Positions 45,215-54,442 of a DNA stretch of 64,000 nucleotides are shown here, piece after piece. The notes beneath the pieces are model-generated. The model was not told the DNA's origin. It did not search any database and worked only from the letters and a program-made list of their open reading frames with translations. Positions within the stretch are counted from its first letter, which is position 1, and each line of letters opens with the position of its first letter. Position numbers and translations under genes: made by a program. This DNA is from Oscillospiraceae bacterium (GTDB lineage Bacteria; Bacillota; Clostridia; Oscillospirales; Ruminococcaceae), in assembly GCA_030153485.1 (NCBI GenBank), contig JAGUQX010000002.1, positions 26,250 to 90,249 of the forward strand, read 5' to 3'.

Positions 45215-46543
45215 ATGTTAAAACCAACTATAGCCGTTGTAGGGAGACCAAATGTAGGAAAATCAACTCTTTTTAACAAACTAGTGGGGAAAAGAATAGC
45301 AATAATAGAGGATACACCAGGGGTTACAAGAGATAGAATATATAGCGATTGTGAGTGGAGAACAAAAGAGTTTGTCCTTGTAGATACAGGGGGAATTGAA
45401 CCATATAGTACAGATCCTATTTTAATTCAGATGAAAAGACAGGTAGAGGTGGCTATTCAAACATCGGATGCTATAATATTTGTAGTTAACCTTCAAGATG
45501 GACTAACCGCAACAGATCAAGAAGTGGCTGTAATGCTTAGAAAAAGCGGGAAGCCTATTGTTTTATGTGTAAATAAATGCGATACCGTAGGTGGAATTCC
45601 TAGTGGTTTATATGAATTTTATTCGCTGGCAATGGGAGAGCCTATTGGAGTTTCTTCTGTACATGGGCATGGAACAGGAGATCTTTTAGATGAAACTTTT
45701 AAGCATTTAAATTTTTCGGATGTAGAAGAGTATGGAGAAGATTATATAAAAGTTTCAATTGTGGGAAAACCAAACGTAGGAAAATCTTCTTTGGTTAATA
45801 AAATTTTAGGGGAAGATAGAGTTATAGTTTCAGAAGTTGCAGGAACCACAAGAGACTCGATTGATACTGTTATAGAAAATGATAAAGGTAGATTTGTTTT
45901 TATAGATACAGCAGGGATTAGAAAAAAAGCAAGAGTTATAGAATCTATAGAGAGATATAGTGTTATCCGTGCATATATGGCAGTTGATAGAGCTGAAATT
46001 TGTATAATAATGATAGATGGAGAAGTTGGATTTACAGAACAGGACAGCAAGATTGCTGGTTATGCACATGAAGAAGGAAAAGGTTGTATAATAGTCGTAA
46101 ATAAATGGGATCTTGTAGAAAAAGACACCCATACTATGGCTAATTATAGAAAAACTTTAGAGCAAGATTTTAGTTTTATGTCTTATGCACCTTTTTTGTT
46201 TATATCTGCAAAAACAGGGCAGAGGATAGAAAATTTATATCCTCTAATAAAATTTGTTAATGATCAAAATTCTATTAGGATATCAACAGGAATGCTAAAC
46301 GATCTTTTAGCAACAGCAACAGGTCGTGTTCAGCCACCTTCGGACAAAGGAAAGAGATTAAAGATATATTATATGACACAGGCATCTACAAGACCGCCAA
46401 CATTTGTAGCTTTTGTTAATAATAAAGATTTATTCCATTTCTCTTATCAAAGATATATAGAAAATCAAATAAGAGGAACTTTTGGGTTAGAAGGAACTCC
46501 AGTTAGATTTATTGTTCGAGAGAGAGATAAGAAAAAAAAGTAG
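45215..46543 (+). CDS. der: Ribosome biogenesis GTPase Der (EngA)
   Basis: Two G domains (GRPNVGKST, GKPNVGKSS; DTGG, DTAG; NKCD, NKWD) plus a KH-like C-domain. Confidence 0.95.
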   Translation: MLKPTIAVVGRPNVGKSTLFNKLVGKRIAIIEDTPGVTRDRIYSDCEWRTKEFVLVDTGGIEPYSTDPILIQMKRQVEVAIQTSDAIIFVVNLQDGLTATDQEVAVMLRKSGKPIVLCVNKCDTVGGIPSGLYEFYSLAMGEPIGVSSVHGHGTGDLLDETFKHLNFSDVEEYGEDYIKVSIVGKPNVGKSSLVNKILGEDRVIVSEVAGTTRDSIDTVIENDKGRFVFIDTAGIRKKARVIESIERYSVIRAYMAVDRAEICIIMIDGEVGFTEQDSKIAGYAHEEGKGCIIVVNKWDLVEKDTHTMANYRKTLEQDFSFMSYAPFLFISAKTGQRIENLYPLIKFVNDQNSIRISTGMLNDLLATATGRVQPPSDKGKRLKIYYMTQASTRPPTFVAFVNNKDLFHFSYQRYIENQIRGTFGLEGTPVRFIVRERDKKKK

Positions 46544-46555
46544 GGGTTTTGTTTT

Positions 46556-47221
46556 ATGACAGTTATAACACCTTTTTTAATCTTAGTTTTGACAGGAATT
46601 TTGGTTGGTTCATATCTTATAGGAAGCATAAACTTTGCTATAATTATTACTAAAATATTTTTAAAAAAAGACATAAGAAATATGGGAAGTAAAAATGCAG
46701 GAATGACAAATGTTTTTAGATGTGTTGGAAAATTTGCTGGATTTTTAACTTTTTTAGGAGATTTTTTAAAGGGATTTATAGTTATTATATTTTCTAGGTT
46801 TATTTTAAAAAATATGGTTAGTTTTGAATTTATAGAATATTTTTCATATTTTGTAGCTGCATTTGCCCTTCTAGGACACACATTTCCTATATATTATAAA
46901 TTTAAAGGCGGAAAAGGCATTTTAGTTTCTGCTGGAATAATGCTCTACTTAAATTTTAATATATTTATAGTTTGTGCAATAATTTTTATAATTGCTATAA
47001 TATTTACAAAGATGGTTTCTTTTTCATCAATATTAATGGCAATTTTATTTCCAATTTTTATTATGACTGTGAAATATATACAAACAAATGATATAAAGAT
47101 AATAGGATTTTATGCTATACCACTCTGTTTTATAGGCGGCCTAATTATATACTTGCATAGAGGAAATATAAAAAGGATCATAAATGGAGAAGAATCGAAA
47201 ATTGGAAAAAAAAACAGATAA
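46556..47221 (+). CDS. plsY: Glycerol-3-phosphate acyltransferase PlsY
   Basis: GSINFAI, GSKNAGMTNV, GHTFPIYYKFKGGKG. Confidence 0.9.
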   Translation: MTVITPFLILVLTGILVGSYLIGSINFAIIITKIFLKKDIRNMGSKNAGMTNVFRCVGKFAGFLTFLGDFLKGFIVIIFSRFILKNMVSFEFIEYFSYFVAAFALLGHTFPIYYKFKGGKGILVSAGIMLYLNFNIFIVCAIIFIIAIIFTKMVSFSSILMAILFPIFIMTVKYIQTNDIKIIGFYAIPLCFIGGLIIYLHRGNIKRIINGEESKIGKKNR

Positions 47222-47246
47222 ATTTGTATATAGGAGGATAGATAAT

Positions 47247-48260
47247 ATGGCAAAGATTAGTGTTTTAGGGTCTGGAAGTTTTGGTTGTTCTTTAGGATAT
47301 ATTATGGATAAAGCTGGACACGATGTGTCTGTCTGGGGATATAATATATCTGAAATTGATGATATAAAAAAATATAGAGAAAACAAGAAACATCTTCCTG
47401 GAATAAAATTAAAAGAGAGTATAGAATTTTCTACGGATTTTGAAATTTTAAAAGGATGCTCATTAGTTATATTTGCTGTTCCTTCTTTTGCTGTATCACA
47501 AACTATAGAAAAATGTCATAAATATATAGATGAAAATTGTATAGTTATTAATGTTGCTAAAGGATTTGACCCAGATACAGATAAGTTTTTATCAGATATT
47601 TTACAGCCATATTTAAAGCAAGATATAGTTGTTTTATCTGGACCTTCTCATGCAGAAGAAGTAGCAAGAGGAATTCCTACAACTATGGTTGCTTCTTCTA
47701 AAAATGCAAGTAATGCAAAATATGTTCAAGATCTTTTAATGGTAGAAAATTTTAGAATATATGTAAATGATGATATAATTGGAACTCAGGTAGGTGGGGC
47801 TCTAAAAAATATAATTGCGATTGCTTGTGGAATTTGTGAGGGTTTGGGATTAGGTGATAATTCTAAAGCCGCTTTGATGACAAGAGGTTTAGCAGAGGTT
47901 AGTAGGTTGGGAAGAAAGCTTGGCGCAAAATTGGAAACCTTTTCAGGACTTACAGGTTTGGGAGATTTGATAGTTACCTGTACTAGCGTCCATAGTAGAA
48001 ATACAAGAGCAGGGATTTTTATAGGTAAAGGACTTTCTCCAAAACAAGCTATGGAAAAAGTGGGAATGGTTGTAGAAGGATATAATGCAACTAGGTCGGC
48101 ATATGCATATATGAATAAATATGATGTTATTATGCCAATAGTTAAAGGTCTTTATGGGGTTTTATTTGAGGGTTGGGATGTTAAATCTCAGATAATTAAT
48201 CTTATGGGACGAGATAAAACTAGTGAAAATGAAAATATACTATATAGTAGTTTTCAATAA
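47247..48260 (+). CDS. gpsA: NAD(P)H-dependent glycerol-3-phosphate dehydrogenase
   Basis: MAKISVLGSGSFG, GPSHAEEV, GGALKN. ATG 47247 follows AGGAGG (47233-47238), and the track start 47184 lies inside plsY. Confidence 0.92.
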   Translation: MAKISVLGSGSFGCSLGYIMDKAGHDVSVWGYNISEIDDIKKYRENKKHLPGIKLKESIEFSTDFEILKGCSLVIFAVPSFAVSQTIEKCHKYIDENCIVINVAKGFDPDTDKFLSDILQPYLKQDIVVLSGPSHAEEVARGIPTTMVASSKNASNAKYVQDLLMVENFRIYVNDDIIGTQVGGALKNIIAIACGICEGLGLGDNSKAALMTRGLAEVSRLGRKLGAKLETFSGLTGLGDLIVTCTSVHSRNTRAGIFIGKGLSPKQAMEKVGMVVEGYNATRSAYAYMNKYDVIMPIVKGLYGVLFEGWDVKSQIINLMGRDKTSENENILYSSFQ

Positions 48261-48299
48261 AAAAGAGAAAAGAGGGAATTTCCTCTTTTCTCTTTTTTT
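48261..48299. terminator. Bidirectional terminator between gpsA and the ABC-2 permease gene
   Basis: AGAGAAAAGAGG / CCTCTTTTCTCT 12-bp stem flanked by an A run and a T run. Confidence 0.75.
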
Positions 48300-48310
48300 A
48301 TAAAATTTAT

Positions 48311-49558
48311 TTACATTGAAATTTTCTTTTTAAATTTTCGGGATTTAGTAGACACGGTAAAGATTGCATCGGATGAAAACACTTTTATCGCTATAAAAAG
48401 AATACCTATAAGGAATATGCCCTGATAAGCTATACCTAATAAAAAAAGAACATTGTTCTGTAAAATAAGATTTGGACCAGCTGTAAAAGTATGAGTAAAA
48501 GGAATTAGATTTACTATAAATCTAATAATGGGAGGCAGGGTTTGTATATCTGAAAGAATAGAAAGAATATATGGTATTAAAACAGATATCATAAGTGGAG
48601 CAATAGTGATTTGTGCGGATTTTACATCTTTAGAAAAAGCTCCTAAAACAATACTTATAGATAAAGCAATAAGAATAGTTAAAAACAACTGTATCCCTAT
48701 AAGTATAAAATCGAATCCAGAAAGTTTTATTCCAAGATCAGAAAACAAGGTTGTGTCGATAGAAGAGCTAGATTCACCTGTCATGTATATAAAAAATCCA
48801 ACTACATAAACCGACGACATAACTATCGCTACTAGAGCGGAAGCAGAAATTTTTGCAAGAAGGATAGATATCCTAGAAATAGGAGTGGATAGTAGTGTTT
48901 CTAATGTTTTATCACCTTTTTCATTGGCTATAGCGGTGGAAACCATCTGAGAAGCGATGACTATTATCATAAATATTATTATAGGCAGGACTGCTGTTTG
49001 TGATATTGCAAAAAATTTTATTGTAGATGAAGAAATTTCTGCAACTTTATTATTTATTTCTGTTTTTTCTTTAACTGATATAGGATTATTTAAAAAATCC
49101 ATATTTTGAGATGAAACATCTTGTGAAATTATTTTATTTTTATAAAAATTTGAAATTATAGAAATAGCATTTGTAGAGGAAGAAGATGAAACTGATGAGA
49201 AGTTTGAAAGGGAAGAAACTTTAGAATATAATTCTATATCGGTAGTTTTATTTTCAAGAATATTTTTTCCAAATCCAGAAGAAAATATAAGTGCAGACTC
49301 ATTAATATCTTCTATATTTTCTATAACAGAAACGTTAAACCCAGAAGTTTTTAACAGGTCTAGAGTTTCTCTAGATTGTTCAGATTTATCGTGGTCGATT
49401 ATTTGAAGATTAGTTAGATTTTCAACCTCTGTATCGGAGATGTTTTTTATAAATCCTCCTAAAAATATGAAAACTATAATAGATATAATAAGACCTAAAA
49501 TAAGTTGAAAATTTATAACATCTCTAACTTCTTTTTTTAATAAAGCTAAAAATTTCAT
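48311..49558 (-). CDS. ABC-2 type exporter permease (NatB-like, large extracytoplasmic loop after TM1)
   Basis: One N-terminal TM, about 150-aa hydrophilic loop, five C-terminal TMs. Overlaps the upstream ATPase gene by 4 nt. Confidence 0.7.
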   Translation of the reverse strand: MKFLALLKKEVRDVINFQLILGLIISIIVFIFLGGFIKNISDTEVENLTNLQIIDHDKSEQSRETLDLLKTSGFNVSVIENIEDINESALIFSSGFGKNILENKTTDIELYSKVSSLSNFSSVSSSSSTNAISIISNFYKNKIISQDVSSQNMDFLNNPISVKEKTEINNKVAEISSSTIKFFAISQTAVLPIIIFMIIVIASQMVSTAIANEKGDKTLETLLSTPISRISILLAKISASALVAIVMSSVYVVGFFIYMTGESSSSIDTTLFSDLGIKLSGFDFILIGIQLFLTILIALSISIVLGAFSKDVKSAQITIAPLMISVLIPYILSILSDIQTLPPIIRFIVNLIPFTHTFTAGPNLILQNNVLFLLGIAYQGIFLIGILFIAIKVFSSDAIFTVSTKSRKFKKKISM

Positions 49559-50283
49559 ATATTTTTCGCCACCTTTTCAAAAACTTCTTCTAAATTTTGG
49601 GCATTATACTTTTGTTTTATAGCTAAAGGTTCCCCAGTTTCATAGATGACGCCTTTATTTATAATAGCAATTCTATCAGAAAGATATTCTATCTCTAACA
49701 TATTATGGCTGGATAAAAGAAATGAAGTTCCTTTTTTTGCAAGTTGTTTTATCATTCTTCTTATTTCTAAAGCGTTTATAATATCAAGCCCTGAGGTTGC
49801 CTCGTCTAAAATGGCCAGCCTGGGCTTGCTCATAACAGCACGGGAGATTAAAAGTTTTCTAATCATCCCACGACTGTATGAAGAAATTTTATCTTTAAGT
49901 CTGTCTCCAAGTTTACAGATTTCTATAGCGTTTTCAAAATATTCTTTTTGTTTTAATTTTTCAGAAGAAACCATAGATGCCATAAATTTTAAATAATAAT
50001 TTCCTGTCATATTTTTATATGCGCCCGCTTCATCGGGAAGATATGTAATATTTTCTCTAATCTTATTAGGAGATTTTACAAGGCTATGACCATCTATAAA
50101 ACAGTCGCCAGATGAGGGGGTTATGATTGTGGATATCATCCGAATGGTGGAAGTTTTTCCAGCCCCATTTGGTCCTATTATAGAAAAAATTTCTCCTGTA
50201 TTTACGGTAAAAGATATATCTTTTACCGCAATAGTTGATCCATACTTTTTTGAAAGATTTTTAACTTCTAAGCATATACTCAC
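49555..50283 (-). CDS. ABC transporter ATP-binding protein (NatA-like)
   Basis: GPNGAGKTS, SRGMIRKL (signature-like), LAILDEATSGLD. GTG start after GAAAGGAA. Confidence 0.85.
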   Translation of the reverse strand: MSICLEVKNLSKKYGSTIAVKDISFTVNTGEIFSIIGPNGAGKTSTIRMISTIITPSSGDCFIDGHSLVKSPNKIRENITYLPDEAGAYKNMTGNYYLKFMASMVSSEKLKQKEYFENAIEICKLGDRLKDKISSYSRGMIRKLLISRAVMSKPRLAILDEATSGLDIINALEIRRMIKQLAKKGTSFLLSSHNMLEIEYLSDRIAIINKGVIYETGEPLAIKQKYNAQNLEEVFEKVAKNI

Positions 50284-50426
50284 TAGATAATTCCTTTCTT
50301 ATATATGTATTATTAAGTATATAATTATATCATATAGCTAATAATATATATATAATCTTAAAGAAAGTGATTAAATCTATTGAAAAAACATAAAAAACAT
50401 AATATCATTGTACTAAGTGTTAATAT

Positions 50427-51146
50427 TTGATGGGATGTGATTTTTTGTCAAAACTTATCGAACTTATAGGAGTATCTAAAATATATAATAGAGGTGAAAA
50501 TGAAGTTAGGGCTATAAATAATGTTAGCTTAGAGATAAATAAAGGTGATTTTATCGCTATAGTTGGAAGTTCTGGTTCGGGAAAATCAACAATGATGAAT
50601 ATCTTAGGTTGTTTAGATGTACCTGATGAGGGGAAATATTTATTAGACGAAAAAGATGTATCTACATTAGATGAAAATGAATTAAGTAGTATAAGAAATA
50701 AAAAGATAGGGTTTATTTTTCAAGGGTTTAATCTTATAACTAGTCTTACCGCTTTAGAAAATGTAGAACTTCCTTTGATATATAGGGGAAAAGGGAAAAA
50801 AGAAAGAGAAGAGATGGCTCTATCAATGTTGAAAAGGGTTGGGTTGGAAAACCGACTAAGTCATAAGCCGTCCGAAATGTCTGGAGGACAACAACAAAGA
50901 GTGGCAATTGCAAGAGCTTTAGCAACGGCTCCGCCAATTATTCTTGCGGATGAACCTACAGGAAATTTGGATAGTAAGTCTGGAGAAGAGGTTATAAAAA
51001 TACTTAAAGAGCTTCATAAAGAAGGGAAAACAATTATTCTTATAACCCATGATGATGATATAGCAAATATTGCAGAGAGAGTTGTAAGATTTTCTGATGG
51101 AATAATTATAGAAAATTATTTTAATAAAGAGAAGATAATTGTTTAA
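50427..51146 (+). CDS. MacB/LolD-type ABC transporter ATP-binding protein with no adjacent permease
   Basis: [41 protein letters not shown]. The start is ambiguous (TTG 50427, ATG 50430 or TTG 50445). Confidence 0.85.
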   Translation: MMGCDFLSKLIELIGVSKIYNRGENEVRAINNVSLEINKGDFIAIVGSSGSGKSTMMNILGCLDVPDEGKYLLDEKDVSTLDENELSSIRNKKIGFIFQGFNLITSLTALENVELPLIYRGKGKKEREEMALSMLKRVGLENRLSHKPSEMSGGQQQRVAIARALATAPPIILADEPTGNLDSKSGEEVIKILKELHKEGKTIILITHDDDIANIAERVVRFSDGIIIENYFNKEKIIV

Positions 51147-51157
51147 GGAGAATAATA

Positions 51158-52687
51158 TTGTTTATAAAGGTTAATAGTATGGGTCTTAGAGGGGTAGAAC
51201 CTTTTCTTGTTGAAGTTGAGGCGGATATATCTAAAGGGATGCCATGCTTTGATATTGTTGGTTTGCCCGATGCTGCGATAAAAGAAAGCCGAGATAGGGT
51301 TAAATCTTCTATAAAAAATAATGGATATGAGTTTCCTTTAAGTAGAGTGGTTATAAATCTTGCTCCAGCAGATATTAGAAAATATGGATCTTTTTATGAG
51401 CTTCCTATCCTTATTTCTATACTTAAAGGGACAAAACAACTAGAATGTGATGTAGAAGACAGCATTTTTATAGGGGAACTCTCTTTAAGAGGAGATATTC
51501 GCCCTATAAGTGGAATCTTGCCGATGGTTGTTAAAGCATATGAAATGGGTATAAAGCGAATTTTTATTCCTGAAGAAAATTCTTTAGAAGCATCATTTAT
51601 AGATGGAATTGATATATATGGAGTTAAAACGATTGATCAAGTTATTTTACATCTTTCAGGGGCAAAAGAGGTAGAAAAGGTTGCACATAATAAAAAGTTT
51701 AAAAAAGATATTACATATCCAATAGATTTTTCTGAAGTTAAAGGACAGTTTGCAGCTAGAAGAGGGCTAGAAATAGCGGCAGCGGGGGGACATAATGCAT
51801 TGTTAATAGGAAGTCCAGGATCTGGAAAAAGCATGCTTGCTAAAAGGCTTCCCTCTATCCTTCCTGATTTAACTTTTGAGGAAGCAATCGAGTGTACTAA
51901 GATATATTCTATCTCTGGGATGATAGATAAAGACATGCCCATAATATCAGAAAGACCGTTTAGATCTCCACATCATACTATATCTCCAGCAGGGCTTTCT
52001 GGAGGGGGAACAACGCCAAAACCAGGTGAAGTTTCTCTTGCACATAATGGAGTTTTATTTTTAGATGAGCTTCCAGAATTTTCTAAGATATCTATGGAAA
52101 TTTTAAGACAACCATTAGAGGATCAATTTATAACTATATCAAGAGTTAGCGGAAGTGTAGTATATCCTTCTTCTATCATATTAGTTGCGGCGATGAATCC
52201 TTGTCCTTGTGGATATTTTGGACATCCAACAAGAGAATGCCGATGTAGTTCTAATGCTGTTTCTAGATATTTAGCTAGAGTTTCTGGACCGCTTATAGAT
52301 AGATTCGATCTACATATAGACAGTACAGGGGTTGAGTTTAGCGATCTTTCTTCGGACAAAAAAGTTGAAACTTCTTCAGAGATAAAAGTCCGTGTGGATA
52401 AATCTAGAGATAAACAGATAGAAAGATTTTCTAAAACAAAAATATGTTTTAATTCTAGAATATCTCCTGGACAGTTGAGAGAATTTTGCGTTTTAACAGA
52501 TGATGCAACTAGTATTTTAAAGAGAGCATTTCAAAATCTATGTCTTTCTGCAAGAGCTTATGATAAAATTATAAAAATTGGGAGAACGATAGCAGATTTA
52601 GATAATAGCGATGATATAGGAAAAACACATATTTTAGAGGCTATACAATATAGAAGTTTGGATAGAAAATATTGGCAAAAAATATAG
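51158..52687 (+). CDS. comM: YifB/ComM family Mg-chelatase-like AAA+ protein
   Basis: N-terminal Lon-protease-like domain (VEVEADIS.GMPCFDIVGLPD), GSPGSGKSM, LFLDELPEF. TTG 51158 is 7 nt after AAGGAG. Confidence 0.9.
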   Translation: MFIKVNSMGLRGVEPFLVEVEADISKGMPCFDIVGLPDAAIKESRDRVKSSIKNNGYEFPLSRVVINLAPADIRKYGSFYELPILISILKGTKQLECDVEDSIFIGELSLRGDIRPISGILPMVVKAYEMGIKRIFIPEENSLEASFIDGIDIYGVKTIDQVILHLSGAKEVEKVAHNKKFKKDITYPIDFSEVKGQFAARRGLEIAAAGGHNALLIGSPGSGKSMLAKRLPSILPDLTFEEAIECTKIYSISGMIDKDMPIISERPFRSPHHTISPAGLSGGGTTPKPGEVSLAHNGVLFLDELPEFSKISMEILRQPLEDQFITISRVSGSVVYPSSIILVAAMNPCPCGYFGHPTRECRCSSNAVSRYLARVSGPLIDRFDLHIDSTGVEFSDLSSDKKVETSSEIKVRVDKSRDKQIERFSKTKICFNSRISPGQLREFCVLTDDATSILKRAFQNLCLSARAYDKIIKIGRTIADLDNSDDIGKTHILEAIQYRSLDRKYWQKI

Positions 52688-52700
52688 AAAGAGGAGATAG

Positions 52701-53627
52701 ATGCTAAAAGATTTAAAATTTTTCACATATCTTATTTTGATAATTTTATTTATAAGTTTGGGTTTTTTTGATTTAAATATATCTAAAGCAATCTATAATC
52801 CTGATGTGGATTGGGTTTTATTTATGGATAGATATGGAGTTTTAATTACTCCTATATTTATTTTTTTTGGGTCGGTTAGTTTATCTAAGCTTTATATAAT
52901 AAAAAATAAGAAGAGAAAAAAGAGTCTAAAGTTTTACATAGTGATGATAGTTGTTTCTTTTATATATATCTGTACTAATCTTATATCGTCTTTCCATTTT
53001 AGTATAACGTATTTTATAATGTTTATTTTAACTCTATGGATTGTCTGCTATATTATTTATTTTGTGTATATTAGTAAAAAGGAGACTCTTATAAGTTTAG
53101 AAAATTTTTGTAGAGTTGTAGTTCTAACAGGGGTTTGTTCTATGGCAACTATATTTGTTTTAAAATTAGGTTGGGGACGAGTTAGATTTTTTAATCTAGA
53201 CAGTGGGTATTCTAATTTCACACCTTGGTATAGTCCTCAAGGATATAATGGAAATCACTCTTTTCCATCTGGTCATGCTGGAAATATTTCGATTATATTT
53301 ATATTTCTTATAAATAGTTTTTCTATAAAGACAAAGTTTTCGGATATATTTATAAAAATATTGGTTATGTTTTTGATATCTATATTTTGTCTAAGTCGGG
53401 TTATATTAGGAGCACACTATATGTCTGATATTATTATGAGCGTTCTTATAGTTGTTTCTTATATGTTTTTATTTTATAATAAAGTTTATTATAAAAAGCC
53501 TATAAAAAAGAGTTTAAAAAAATCTAATAAACAAAATATTAATAAAAAGAAGTCTTTGAATATAGATAAACAAAATATTAATAAAAAGACGTCTTTGAAT
53601 AGAAATAAAAATAAAATTAAAAAATAG
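52701..53627 (+). CDS. PAP2-family membrane phosphatase with a Lys/Asn-rich repeated C-terminal tail
   Basis: PAP2 motifs KLGWGRVRF, PSGHAG, SRVILGAHYMSD. Multiple TMs. Confidence 0.8.
   Translation: MLKDLKFFTYLILIILFISLGFFDLNISKAIYNPDVDWVLFMDRYGVLITPIFIFFGSVSLSKLYIIKNKKRKKSLKFYIVMIVVSFIYICTNLISSFHFSITYFIMFILTLWIVCYIIYFVYISKKETLISLENFCRVVVLTGVCSMATIFVLKLGWGRVRFFNLDSGYSNFTPWYSPQGYNGNHSFPSGHAGNISIIFIFLINSFSIKTKFSDIFIKILVMFLISIFCLSRVILGAHYMSDIIMSVLIVVSYMFLFYNKVYYKKPIKKSLKKSNKQNINKKKSLNIDKQNINKKTSLNRNKNKIKK
53527..53601 (+). repeat. Two direct copies (39-bp period) at the 3' end of the PAP2 gene
   Basis: ATAAACAAAATATTAATAAAAAGA(A/C)GTCTTTGAATA occurs at 53527-53562 and 53566-53601. Confidence 0.85.
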
Positions 53628-53660
53628 AATGTAAATTTAAAAATTTACATTCTATTTTTT
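53619..53660. terminator. Palindromic bidirectional terminator containing the stop codons of both convergent genes
   Basis: 20-bp arms (53619-53638 / 53641-53660). The PAP2 stop TAG is at 53625-53627, and the methyltransferase stop is at 53645-53647 on the minus strand. Confidence 0.7.
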
Positions 53661-54373
53661 AATTTCAAGTATTTTTTATTATAAGGAAGTTGTTTTGCTA
53701 AATCCATATAAAAAGGGGGTTCTATCTTTAAGAAAGACTTTCCGCCTTTAACCCCTTCTACAAGAAACAGCCAGGGAGAAGATTCGCTATTATTTTGAAT
53801 AAAGATTAAACGTTTTGGTTCTATATTATATCTTCTCATAGTTTCTAATACGTCTACAAGTCTTTCTGGACGTTGGCATAGTGTAAATCGCCCTTTAAAT
53901 TTTAGAAGAAGGGAAGCTGATTTTATTATATCTTCATTTGTACAGAGTATTTCATGGTTTGCAATCTGTTTTTCTATAGATTTATTTAAAATTCCAGTGT
54001 TATTTATTTTATAGGGAGGGTTTGAGCAAACTAGATCAAAAGTTTGTTTTTTTATAAACAATGGAAGATCTTTTATATCTGCTAGAACGGGAAAAAGTTT
54101 TTTTTGTAGATTTGAGAAAAAAACTCCTTTAGAAAACTGATCTATAGCTTGTGGTTGTATATCTATTCCATATATCTTTTTTATGGTTGGTTGATTTCCA
54201 TATAGTATAGCTGGAATGATTCCACATCCTGTTCCTAGGTCACAGATAAATTTATTTTTTTTTGACTCAGAAAAATTTGCTAAAAGAAAAGCGTCGGTTC
54301 CAAATGTGTGGATATCGCTAGTTTGAATAAATATAGATGGTGTTATTTTTTCTATTTTAAAATTGGATATCAA
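53645..54373 (-). CDS. SAM-dependent N6-adenine methyltransferase, tRNA1(Val) m6A37 (YfiC/TrmN6)-like
   Basis: DLGTGCGIIP SAM motif and catalytic SNPPY. Confidence 0.7.
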   Translation of the reverse strand: MISNFKIEKITPSIFIQTSDIHTFGTDAFLLANFSESKKNKFICDLGTGCGIIPAILYGNQPTIKKIYGIDIQPQAIDQFSKGVFFSNLQKKLFPVLADIKDLPLFIKKQTFDLVCSNPPYKINNTGILNKSIEKQIANHEILCTNEDIIKSASLLLKFKGRFTLCQRPERLVDVLETMRRYNIEPKRLIFIQNNSESSPWLFLVEGVKGGKSFLKIEPPFYMDLAKQLPYNKKYLKLKNRM

Positions 54374-54442
54374 TAGTAGATCTCCTTATATCAAAAAATT
54401 TATAAATAATATTTTATCATATTTTATATAAATTTAAAATAT

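Noticed and set aside
52393-52401. A perfect DnaA box (TGTGGATAA) inside comM, and TTATCCACG inside dut (14418..14426).
   Set aside because: These are isolated single 9-mers inside coding regions far from dnaA. About one perfect 9-mer match is expected by chance in 64 kb of double-stranded sequence.
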